The position numbers were made by a program, and so were the translations under genes. This document shows positions 1 through 10,148 of a stretch of DNA of 49,069 bases, in pieces. This stretch comes from Octopus bimaculoides (taxonomy: Eukaryota), in NCBI RefSeq assembly GCF_001194135.2, contig NC_068984.1:89073780-89122848 (forward strand), written 5' to 3'. Positions within the stretch are counted from its first letter, which is position 1, and every line of letters starts with the position of its first letter. The notes beneath the pieces were generated by a model. It worked only from the letters and a program-made list of their open reading frames with translations, was not told where the DNA came from and did not search any database.

Positions 1-862
1 AAGTTTGTGGAGAAAGACCGAGAAGAAGCGGAGATTGGTGTATTAATTGAAGCATTGAAAGATGGAGATGGCAAAAGCGATAAGGAGTGCGTCAGAGATA
101 CAGAGGAAGTGAAGTCGAAGGAAGACGGAACGAGAGCGGCAAAGGAGGGAAGTGACGGGTTTGTCAGCCCCAAAAGGAGAAGAAAGTTGAAATCAAGAGA
201 ACACTCGCATGGGACCAGTAGTAGAACCAAATAGGACGCCCAAAACAGGTAGGGAGCCGCCTATTTTCAAGCATACTCAGACAGTAGAGACGGAACCAAG
301 AGAGAAAGAATCGGTGGAAGAGAAGATAAAGCACGGGTTGAAAAACAAAGCATACGTAATATATTAACAAAAGGATGTAGATGTGGAAAGGAGGATATCC
401 AAATGGAAAGGAGTAATAAGGGTGAAACAGCCCAGGGAGAACTTTAAGGAAGAAGAAAAATGTGTAATATTGAGTGTCGATAGATGCGACACGTTCATAA
501 ATTCATATAGAAGCTATATAACTTCATTGAGCGGTCCTGTGTGGTTTGATGCCCTACCACCCGTAATTGAATAGAAAAATTAAAAAAAATTTTTTGAATA
601 TGAACAATATATTAAAAATGGTGATGTGAACTTTTTAAATTATACAAAAAATGGGGAAGAAAATGTCCAAAATTATGTCTAAATGTAACTACTCAAGTAG
701 GTGTTGCGCCTCATTTTATCATTTTCATGTTTTCATTCATTCTTTTTATTTTTTCATCCTTACTCGATTTCTTTTTGTATATTTATTTCCCCGATTATGT
801 GTTTTGTATTGTCTTTGTAATGTATAACCTCTAATTTTAGCCCCTTGTGGGTAATAAAAAAA
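1..862 (+). mobile_element. 3' part of ORF1-only L1/Tx1-like non-LTR element, copy 1 (5' end outside window; frameshifted near 205)
   Basis: Colinear with ~1690-2550: DGFVSPKRR motif, KNKAYVIY*, the downstream peptide, T-rich 3' UTR and ccccttgtgggtAATAAAaaaa end. Confidence 0.8.
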
Positions 863-865
863 TTA

Positions 866-881
866 AGGACGTTGGTGTCGC
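866..881 (+). repeat. Left target-site duplication of copy 2 (partner 2553-2568)
   Basis: aggacgttggtgtcgc vs aggacgtcggtgttgc; the two differences are reciprocal CpG>TpG changes. Confidence 0.65.
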
Positions 882-981
882 AGACTAACAACTTATTGTT
901 GTATCATTGTTGAGCGACTCGCGCGTGATTGTTTTTTGCTGTTTTCTCCCCATTGTGGGGCTGAAAGGTTAGTTTCTCAAG

Positions 982-2032
982 ATGGAGAGCTACGTAAGGG
1001 CCGCTGCAGGAGGAGCGGCTCCGCTGTTGGACCTGAAACAGATAACAGTGTGGAAGAGATACGAAGAATTGAACAGTTTATAGAAAAGGAGGGAGACGCA
1101 ATAAAGCAAGTCCCTCCAGAAGAAACGGTTGACGATTTGAGTGATAGGACGGTGGTGTATCGCACGCAAGCGTCGCCATTAATAAAATTGAAATCCTATC
1201 GGAAGATGACGTGGAAGAATGTTTGGGACCCCTTATGAAAACGGCAACTTTCGTTGGCCGAGGAAAGAAATATGGTTCGGTGGAGGTGAGGTTTACCACC
1301 AAAGAAGAGGCGGCCTTTCATTCCACCACTATTTTACGCAGTGAACAGGTAACGCTGTTGCCCACATATAGGGGCAGACGAAGTGTACGCATTCGTATTG
1401 AAAGGGTGCCACCAGAAATAAAGTCAGAGTGGTTGGTAGCAGCCGTTATGGCTACCACCGAGGAGAATCCCGAATTAGGGACAGTTGGAAGAACCAACCA
1501 GTTAAATTGTGGGTTCGGCGTCGAGATGTGGCTTTTTGCCACTTTCGAAGACATTGAAAGGATTCCCTACCAGATTGAGATTCCGAGAGAGGGTTCCCTT
1601 AAAGTGATTGTTGAGGGACGTAGCCCAAATTGTTATGAATGTGGAATAAGAGGCCACATGAAGACGCAGTGTCCCAAGCACAAGGCTGTGGAGAGGGACC
1701 AAGAAACAGTGGAGACTGGAGTACCAAGTGGAGACAGCGAAAGTGATATGGAGTGCGCCAGGGATGCGGAAGAGCTGGAGTCGAAGAAAGACAGATCGAA
1801 AGTGGTAAGCGAGGGGAGTGACGGGTTTGTGAGCCCCAAAAGGAGGAAAAAGGCGCAAAAAAGAGACGACTCGGAAAGACCAGCAGCAGAACCGGACAGG
1901 ACGCCCAAAGAAGGTAGGGGACCGCCTATATTCGAAAATACGCAGACGATAGAAATAGAACCAAAAGAAAGAAAATCAGTAGAAGTGACAGAACGGCACG
2001 ATTTTAAAAATAAGGCATTCATAGTATACTAG
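982..2032 (+). pseudogene. L1/Tx1-type ORF1 (gag-like nucleic-acid-binding protein, ~350 aa reconstructed)
   Basis: ATG at 982 (MESYVRAAAGG, like the SYAxAA N-termini of LINE ORF1s). Two apparent 1-nt deletions (~1022, ~1201) join track ORFs 936-1238 and 1211-2032. CX2CX4HX4C knuckle CYECGIRGHMKTQC at 1631-1672; basic SPKRRKK motif. Confidence 0.75.
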
Positions 2033-2046
2033 GAAAAGAATGAGAT

Positions 2047-2256
2047 GTGGACAGGAGGATTTCCAAGTGGAAGGGATTAATAAGGGTGAAACTACCCAGG
2101 GAGGATTTCAATGAAGAACAAAAGTGTGTTCTATTGAATGAGGATAGATACGACATGTTTATAAAAACATATAGAAGGTATTTAATTTCACTTGGCGGGC
2201 CGGTGTGGTTTGATGCTCTACCACCGGTAATTCAAATTAAAGAGTTGAGAAATTAA
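2047..2256 (+). CDS. Small conserved ORF or C-terminal extension of ORF1 (homologue at 383-574)
   Basis: RRISKWKGxIRVK and GPVWFDALPPVI are conserved between the copies with mainly synonymous changes; no in-frame ATG. Confidence 0.45.
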   Translation: MDRRISKWKGLIRVKLPREDFNEEQKCVLLNEDRYDMFIKTYRRYLISLGGPVWFDALPPVIQIKELRN

Positions 2257-2552
2257 AAAACTTTTAAAATATGAACTTTAATAAAAAAAAAATAAAAAAA
2301 GATGATGTGAAGTCTTAGAAAAAAATGGAAAATAAAAAAAAGTCTTCAAAATAATGTCTAAATGTAACCACTGAACTTCGGGGGTCGAGTGGGCATTGCG
2401 CCTCATTTTATTATTTTCATATTTTCGTTCATTCTCTTTATTTTTTCTTCTTCACTCGATTTCTTTCTGTATTTTTATTTCCCCGATTATGTGTCCTGTA
2501 TTGTTTTGTAATGTCCCATCTATGTTTGGCCCCTTGTGGGTAATAAAAAATC

Positions 2553-2596
2553 AGGACGTCGGTGTTGCCTTGGCGGAGGTTTGCGCTCTCTGATTG
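2553..2596 (+). mobile_element. Possible 3' terminus of a non-autonomous Helentron/HINE-like element (the insertion target)
   Basis: ccttggcggagg, then an imperfect hairpin gcgctc-tct-gattgc and a T-rich end. The family assignment is from recalled similarity only. Confidence 0.3.
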
Positions 2597-2940
2597 CTCT
2601 TGTTTGCATTGGTGTTTACTTTTACCGTATATGGATTATATTCTAAACCACTGCTTTTTAAACATTTTCCTTTACATTTTCAACGTCCCCCTCCGCTTTT
2701 TTTTTCCAGTGTACTTACATGTAATCTCAGGCTGGAGTAATTTAGTTCCGGGTGCTAGTTCGAGGTGTCTACTTACCAAAGTACCACCCGACGAATATCT
2801 AATGCACACTCACTTGACCTCGTTTCGATCAACTTTAGGTACATATTCTGTGTGCTTTACAATATCCCCTCTAGCTACTATTGGAAGTTTATATTTACAT
2901 TCTGATTTACAGTTGTCTTTCCTCTATATTTACATACATT

Positions 2941-3140
2941 GCGAGTGAATTTGGTTGACGGAAACTGTGTTGAAGTCCGTTGCAAATATATGTGTGTGTG
3001 TGTGTTTTGTTTCCCCACCACCATTTGACAATCGATATTGGTTTGCTTGCGTTCCCGTAATCTAGCGATTCGGACAAAGAGACTGATAAAGTACCAGACC
3101 GATGTCTGGTACTTCAAGGTGGTGCTCCAGCATAGCCACA
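2941..3140 (+). mobile_element. tRNA-derived SINE family A, 5'-truncated
   Basis: gagtgaatttggttgacggaaactg, (TG)n and ggtgctccagcat blocks are shared with the copy at 15350-15725. Confidence 0.75.
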
Positions 3141-3883
3141 CTTTAGTGCCCGAAGTTAGTAAAAATTAAAATACATATTGATTTCTCTGTGTGATTTTAT
3201 ACATGTGGGTAGAAGATGAATAGATGACACACATGACTCGAATCGGCAGTGTTCATATATATATATAAAGACGTGTGGTTAAAAGCACTCCAGCCGTCAC
3301 CAAGTCATCAAGGACTATATTTTCCAGTATCTTGTGCATTTTGTTTTAGACAGTAGAATGATTTAAAGGGATCAGGCTGCTATATTTGGCAGGTCAAGTG
3401 ATCACAGAGACAGTCTCTTCTTTAGACACGTCACTTACTGACTTCACTTTCTATTCGTTTATGTCTCTATTGTGTCACCTGCCAATATGTAATTGGTATG
3501 ACTTCCACGCCCATATAGAGCCTAAACAACAAGCTTGTCTATTCGCTGTCGATCGATCTGTTAGAAATAGCTGCCAATCTTCCCTCAGTTCATATCTACT
3601 GTCTTTTAAAAACGACACATTAAGCTGTTTAGTCTTAGATTTATAAAAAGACGAGAGGGTTATGATTGGAAAGTCTTTGATTATAGATCTTCTCAGTCGA
3701 AGCTGAACTTTCTAATGCATTGGTGTGATTTCAAACGCCTGTTAACACACGAACTTATCTTCTTTACACCATCATAACCCAAGCAAAGACATGCATTCTG
3801 ATTGCTGCATTCCTTCTGTGCAACATTTTAGGAACATGTGGTCTTTGTTTCTCCAGAAATATAAAAATCAGTCCATGTGCTTC

Positions 3884-4080
3884 GGCGAACTGGCAGAATT
3901 GTTAGCACGCTGGGCAAAATGTTTAGCGGCTTTTCGTCCATTTTTCCGTTCTGAGTTCAAATTCCGCCCAGGTCGACTTTGCCTTAAATTAAGTACCTGT
4001 GAAAGACTGGAGTCGATGACCTCGACTAGTTCCCTCTCACAAAATTTCAGGCGTTGTGCCTGTAGTAAAAAGGATTATTA
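3884..4080 (+). mobile_element. tRNA-derived SINE family B
   Basis: A-box-like tggcagaattgttagc, B-box gagttcaaattc, (ATT)n tail; an inverted relative lies at 35122-35326. Confidence 0.75.
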
Positions 4081-4809
4081 TTATTATTATTATTATTGAG
4101 TGAGAGAGCAGTGCATGCCATCAAAGTGACACTGGGGTAAAATATACGAAGCCCAGTATACTCCCCATGACCGATAAGGGTACACTATGCACGTGCATCA
4201 CAACCATATGTGTGCAACATGGTGATCTGTGGGGCCCAGTTAAAATATTTTTCAGGTCGAGTGGTCCATCCCGCTCAAAAGATCCCTGGCTAAGGGTTGT
4301 TTGAGGATGTTGAATGAAACATTCATGTTTCCATAGGTGAATTATTCAAACGCAAAAGAATTCCTCTCAATACATGGCTATGATGCTCCTCAGCTACTTC
4401 TGCTCGTGATCAGAGATGTACATATCGTCATCCACCAAGGGACATGCTCAACTGATTAAGGTCAATCAAGTGACAAGCAAATCTGTGATATGAAGCAGAA
4501 TATTTCCTGTAGCCCATTTTTTATACCAAGACAAAATATGTGCATGATAACACTTCCAATCAGTTATGATCAAAAGCCATGAGAGTCACTGCCTGGTACT
4601 GCATCAAAGCATTTATTATTATTATTATTATTGTTGTTGTTATTGAGTGAGAGAGCTGTGCATGCCATCAAAGTGACACTGAGGTAAAATATACGAAGCC
4701 TAGTATACCCATCATGACCACCCGTCTGATGAGGGTTCACCAGACACATGCATCACAACCATATTTGCACGACATGATGATCTCATATCAAGATAACAGC
4801 GCATAACCT

Positions 4810-4813
<4 letters not shown>
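4075..4813 (-). mobile_element. Two head-to-tail copies (4075-4612 and truncated 4613-4813) of a (TAA)n-tailed retroposon-like repeat
   Basis: (tta)n-gagtgagagagc.gtgcatgccatcaaagtgacactg occurs at ~4097 and ~4645 with ~150 bp colinear. Confidence 0.6.
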
Positions 4814-4854
<41 letters not shown>

Positions 4855-5299
4855 AACCTTGCATATATATATATCAAACGATTAACTTCGAAATACAAAT
4901 GTGCATGCTATCCCTACCTATTAATGGCTAACGAACTTGTTTTCGTTTAGAAAAATCACGTCGGTTCAGATCGAGTGGTCAAGGTATTTGTGGGCATCTC
5001 ATTTTTTGTTCCAGACATAATGTATATAGGCCAACATTATTCAATGCTCCTCCTTTTTAAAGATAGTAGGATATGATCTGAGGGAAATTTGGTTGCTATT
5101 TCTAGCGAGTTGTTCGACCAAGTAGAGGTTCCTTCGTTGTACAGTCTGCTCTTCACTTTTGTTCCAAGTAAAGATAAATTCCTGTCTTGATAGTTTACCA
5201 ATGTTTATTGCTGGTAACATTTCCAGATTTCATGCTTACTACTGACAGTTCAGATTAATCGAGATATAAAATAAAATGCTCAAAGAGATAACATACTCA

Positions 5300-5517
5300 T
5301 GCACTAGATTTGAACTCAAAACACACGCGCTGGTACCCCACTCTCGCCATGATAGATCGCTAACCACTACACACATTTTTTTCTCTGCTTGTTTCTCTCC
5401 TTTTTTCTTTCTGTGTTCTTTTCCGTGGAAGAGCGTAGGCTCGAAACGTTAAAGACTTTTTCAATTCCCGAACGTTATACTAATACATCTGCTTGTTTTC
5501 TACACCACCTCTCTTCG

Positions 5518-5520
<3 letters not shown>
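5300..5520. mobile_element. tRNA-like head (minus, 5300-5375) abutting a Penelope-like terminal-repeat remnant with a hammerhead-like motif
   Basis: Minus strand tgtgtagtggttagcg ... gagttcaaatc (A/B boxes); plus strand gaagag-cgtaggct-cgaaacgtt at 5428-5450. Confidence 0.4.
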
Positions 5521-5551
<31 letters not shown>

Positions 5552-6838
5552 TTATAAATCACTTTTAAAATATAAAGTATTACCAAGCTTGACTTAATCT
5601 TTTGTTGCACATCAGTTTCACATTAATACCAGTGATGGATAGAATGGATGTTAAAAACCGAAGTTACAGAACATACTCTTTATTGCTCAAGACATTCTGA
5701 TATTGTCACCGTCAATGTTGCAAATTTTTCTCGCAGTAGAACTAAAAACTTCCTTAAAAACTACTCCATTGGATTCTGTGTATTCCCAATAAAAGCGGGC
5801 TTGTTTTTATTGTGATCAAGCAGACTTACAATCAAAGGCCGCGAACATCCCATACTTTGTGTGTGTGTGTGTGTGTGTGTGTGTTTGTTTACTTTGTAAA
5901 GTAGTATTGTAATATGAAAGGCATTTAGCTGCTATTTTTAGCAAGCCTAACGGATACGTTGAGGCTCCTTGCCTACAACATCACGTTTGTGTATGCAAGT
6001 TATATTATGATACTTTTATAAATGTAGAAACCATTGAATAGCAATGTATAATATATACATGTGATATTCATGCAGTAAACAACTTTTTTTTTTTTGGATC
6101 TCTTTTTCACGTATATGCACCTTTGTACATGAACGCATGCATTGTATTGCATATCAATATCCACATTTAATAATATTACGCACATTTCAATATGTTATAC
6201 TTACAGTGGTGAAAATAGAAATACTTCGTATATGCTGCTAATTATTTCATTGATACATCACACTACGTGTAGTTTCATTTCTCCTGAACACCTACTAATT
6301 AATAATTAGGTGAGAGCTGCTGTTTCTTCTGCTTTTCCCAATTAGTTGCCCCCTTTTCCCCATCTCTGTCTTTTCTTTTTCAGTTTTCTTTTTATTTATT
6401 TATTTATGATACCCTACTATTTTGTTGTGGCAGAAAACTGGAAAGCTTTTTTGAGTGCGAGCTGCTTTATACTTTGTTTTATCTACGTTATTCTGACTGT
6501 GTGTATGTGTATACAAACAGCTTTTTGTACGTGTATTCTATGCACTTATAACATAGATAGACAGGCGTTCCACTTGACAGTGTATTAAAAGTACTTGTCA
6601 ATGTGACAATCACACTGGTCCTACTTTATTTGTTCATTGTACCCCACTCTCTATTATAGAGAACAGAGTATTTCAGGAAGCAACAGATAGATCCATGAGC
6701 GTTTGGTTGATGGAGAGAGAGAGAGGGAGGGAGAGAGACGGGGGTTGGGAAATAGTGGGTTTTCTTTTTCTACATTTGCTCGTTTTTTTTGTTTTTTTTA
6801 TGAACTCGTTGCTGTTATTTTATTTTTATCATATAGAG

Positions 6839-8547
6839 CTGGGGTCACCAAACTTCAGCCCGCCGTTGCACTGTATCTTTTGTGTAAGTACCTGCAATGA
6901 GAGTTCATTCCTGCAGCGATCGTGTTTTAACTTGCATTCCTGTGTTTAAACATTCTTTTCATGAGAATGTTTGCTGAAAATGAATCTGTCACTCGTACAC
7001 GTTACAAAATAGTGCATAAGATGGCAGAGCTAGGAAAACCGTTTACTGACGGCAACTTCATCAAAGAGTGTATGATGGAAGCAGCAAATGACTTGTATCC
7101 TGAGAAAGCTGGTTTGCTTCGAAGTTTCAGCCTTTCAACATGTTCAGCTGTGCGGAGAACACAAGAATTTGGAGAGAACGAAGTGCTACAGATACGCAAG
7201 AAAGCTAGGAACTTCTTGTGGTTTTCTCTGGCGCTGGATGAGTCTACTGATCTCTCGAGTACGTCACAACTTCTCGTGTGCATTCGTGGTGTTAATTTGG
7301 ACTTTTAGATCACAGAAGAGTTATCATCCGTTTGCAACATCCACAGGACAACAACTGGAAAAGGCATTTTTCATGGACATGCAGAAAACTTTGCAAGGCC
7401 TCAGTGGAATCAGCTTCAATGTGTTACAGTTGATGGTGGAAAAAACATGGCTGGAGTGAGGAAGGGTTCGGTGGGGAAGATCAGGACTAAGATCCAGACT
7501 TTTCTTGGAGAAATTGATTCTGAATCCTGTAACTTGCCTTATCACACAGCAGTGGGGTGGCTCAGTTGCGATAAAGTCCTCTTTTGTTTTTATAAGCTCT
7601 GAAGAGAAATAGATATTTTTCTCACTGGAAAGGATAGAGCTGATCAACTTCTGTCAGATCCTACCTGGCTGTCAAAGTTGTCATTTTTGGTTGACATCAC
7701 AACCCACATGAATGAATTGAACTTGAAACTTGAGGGAAAGGATATCCTTATCTGAGATCTCTACAGAATCATCAAAGGATTTTGGAGAAAGCAATCATTG
7801 TTTGAAGCACAACTGGAAGGAGGAAACTTCTCTCATTTTCAGTGTTTTAAAGAGCTTCGCGCTGGAATCGCAGCAGATGTCAACCTCAAGTTTCCAAAGA
7901 AGATTATTCATGATTTAAATAAGCATTTTTTGGAGAGATTTTCAGATCTCAACAGAATTGAGAGTGACACTCTTCTGTTTCAGAATCCGTTTGATTGTAA
8001 ACTTGATGATGTGCCAGTTGAACTGCTGTTGGTGCTCATTGATTTGCCAGCAAATGACTTGTTGAAAGAGAAGGAAAACTTGTTGAATTATATCATTGTT
8101 TACTTGATGAGTTTCCAAATTTGAAGAAACTTGCCTCTGGTATTGCATCAGTATTTGGAACAACTTATGTCTGTGAAGTCAGCACATCAAATGAGGTTAA
8201 CTGATGAACGTTTGAAAGGAATTCTTTTGGTTGGATGCAGCAATTCCAAGGCAAATATTGATGATATCTTAAAATCTAAGCAACAGTTTCACAAATCTCA
8301 CTAACCCTTTTTGCTGCCTAGTTTGTGAGATTTGGATATGTGCGCACTGGGTGTGATATAACTATCATATTGTTAACGTCACCTTCTTCAATAAATTTTT
8401 TGTAAATGAATATGTTGGTTGTCTTTATTTATTTATTTATTTATTTTGTTTATTCGTTGTATTGTATTAAATAAAATGGTTATACAGCCCGCACTCGTCA
8501 TTCCCTCAATTATCTGGCCTGCTGTGAAAAAGGTTTCGTGACCTTTG
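6839..8547 (+). mobile_element. hAT (Charlie/GTF2IRD2-like) DNA transposon, internally deleted
   Basis: Imperfect 16-bp TIRs ctggggtcaccaaact / ggtttcgtgacctttg; 8-bp TSD atatagag (6831-6838) / atataggg (8548-8555). Confidence 0.85.
6961..8304 (+). pseudogene. hAT transposase remnant with stops and frameshifts
   Basis: KPFTDGNFIKECM, FSLALDESTD (first catalytic D), LLFQNPF, dimerisation-like region near 8130-8230. Confidence 0.85.
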
Positions 8548-8821
8548 ATATAGGGTAATGAACTGATACAGTTGTTGAACAACAGTTTCAATCTGCTCTG
8601 TTTGAGTATAGCTATGGCTCGGCGTTTACTAATCAAAAAAGTTCCTTTTTCATTGCCATAAAATTTAGATGTTGATTTATATGTTGAGAGAAAACTTGAA
8701 GCTGACCAAGCAGCTTTGATAGGACTTTGATATGCAAATCATATCTATCTTGCTGGCTAAATTTTTCTCTGTATACCTTTTTTTTTTATCTTTCTGGGTT
8801 ACTACTCATAAATGAGCAATA

Positions 8822-10148
8822 TTGGGTCATCCCATAAATAATGCAGTTTTTTTCAATCGCATGAACTAAAGGTTGGTGGGGACGGGGTAAACTACCTGCA
8901 TCAACTTGCTATAAAAGCAGGTAGTAGTTTTACCTTGTACCTATTCTTAGTGCAAACTTTTAAGAGTGCAGTTCGATTTTAAGTTATTTTTTCAAAGTTA
9001 TAATAGAAGTGACAAAGAAGCATATTCGGCATATTTTGCTTTATGAGTTCAATAAAGGCAACAACGCAACAGAAAGTGCAAGGAATATTAATTCAGTAAA
9101 TGGGGATCAGACAAATAGTGTAAGCCAGTGTCAACAGTGGTTCCAGAAATTTTAAGCCGGGAACTACAGCCGAGAAGATAAGCCTGGAAGATCTGTAGAG
9201 CTTGACGAGGACGTCCTGCAAACCCTAGTGGAGCAAAATCCCTTTGTAACTGTTGAGGAACTAGCAGAGAAGCTCGGATTTGGTCATTCAGCCATTCATC
9301 GACACCTGTGTGCCAGATAATTGAGAGGATGACAAGTGCAGGCTGTATAACCATTTTATTTAATACAATACAGTGAATACACAAAAAAAGTCAGCAAATT
9401 GGCTCAATGGGTTCCTCACAAACTTTCCAAGTCTAATCATGCACAGAGAGGAATGTGTGCTCTTCTTTGCTGCCATATTTCATGAATGAATCTTTTTTAG
9501 ACCAAATAGTGACTGGTGAGGAGAAATGTCCAGCACCGAAGACAGTGGGTAGGGAAAAGAGAAACACTGTCATCCCAGGCTAAAGAAGGTCTTCACCCAC
9601 GTAAGGTGTTGTTATCTGTTTGGTGGGATATGAAAGGTTTAGTCCACTTTGAACTTTTAAACCCAAACCAAATTATAACAAAGGAGATCTACTACAAGTA
9701 GCTTGAGCAGTTTAAGTCAGTGCTAGAAGAAAAATGATCATCTTTGGTTTCAAGATGAAAGGTGTTCTTCCATCAGGATAGTGCTCAGCCACATGCAGCG
9801 AGGATGACATTCCAAAGGCTGAAGCAGTTTGAATGGGAAACAATACCCCACCTACCATATTCGCTAGACATTTCCCCATTTGATTATTATTTATTCCACA
9901 GTCTTCAAAATCATTTGGACAGAAAAAATATGAATTCTGTAAACGAGGTCAGAACAGTACTGGAGAAGTACTTTTTTGTCATGGACAAGTGAATTTTGGA
10001 AGAGGAGCCTTGCATGTCTACCAGGTAGATGGAAGAGCATTGTAGAAAATGAAGGAGAGTATATTTTAGATTAAAAAAGAACTTTGTTTATCTTAATTTT
10101 GAAAAATAAAAGTATTAAAAAAATCGCATTATTTATGGGATGACCCAA
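8822..10148 (+). mobile_element. Full-length mariner (DD34D) element, decayed
   Basis: TIRs ttgggtcatcccataaataatgc at both ends, TA TSDs at 8820-21 and 10149-50. Confidence 0.93.
9003..10074 (+). pseudogene. Mariner transposase pseudogene
   Basis: HIRHILLYEFNKG N-terminus (start codon now ATA), IVTGEEK, FFHQDSAQPH, PYSLDISPFDYYLF; ~75-bp foreign insert at 9312-9387. Confidence 0.9.

Larger units (their letters stand above)
882..2550 (+). mobile_element. Apparently complete ORF1-only (HAL1-like) non-autonomous non-LTR retrotransposon, copy 2
   Basis: 100-bp 5' UTR, gag-like ORF1, short downstream ORF, T-rich 3' UTR, AATAAA plus A tail at 2542-2550. Flanked by direct repeats at 866-881 and 2553-2568. 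No endonuclease or RT sequence seen. Confidence 0.75.

Noticed and set aside
4806-4876. accttgca(TA)n-tcaa duplicated
   Set aside because: Consistent with microsatellite slippage or assembly error.
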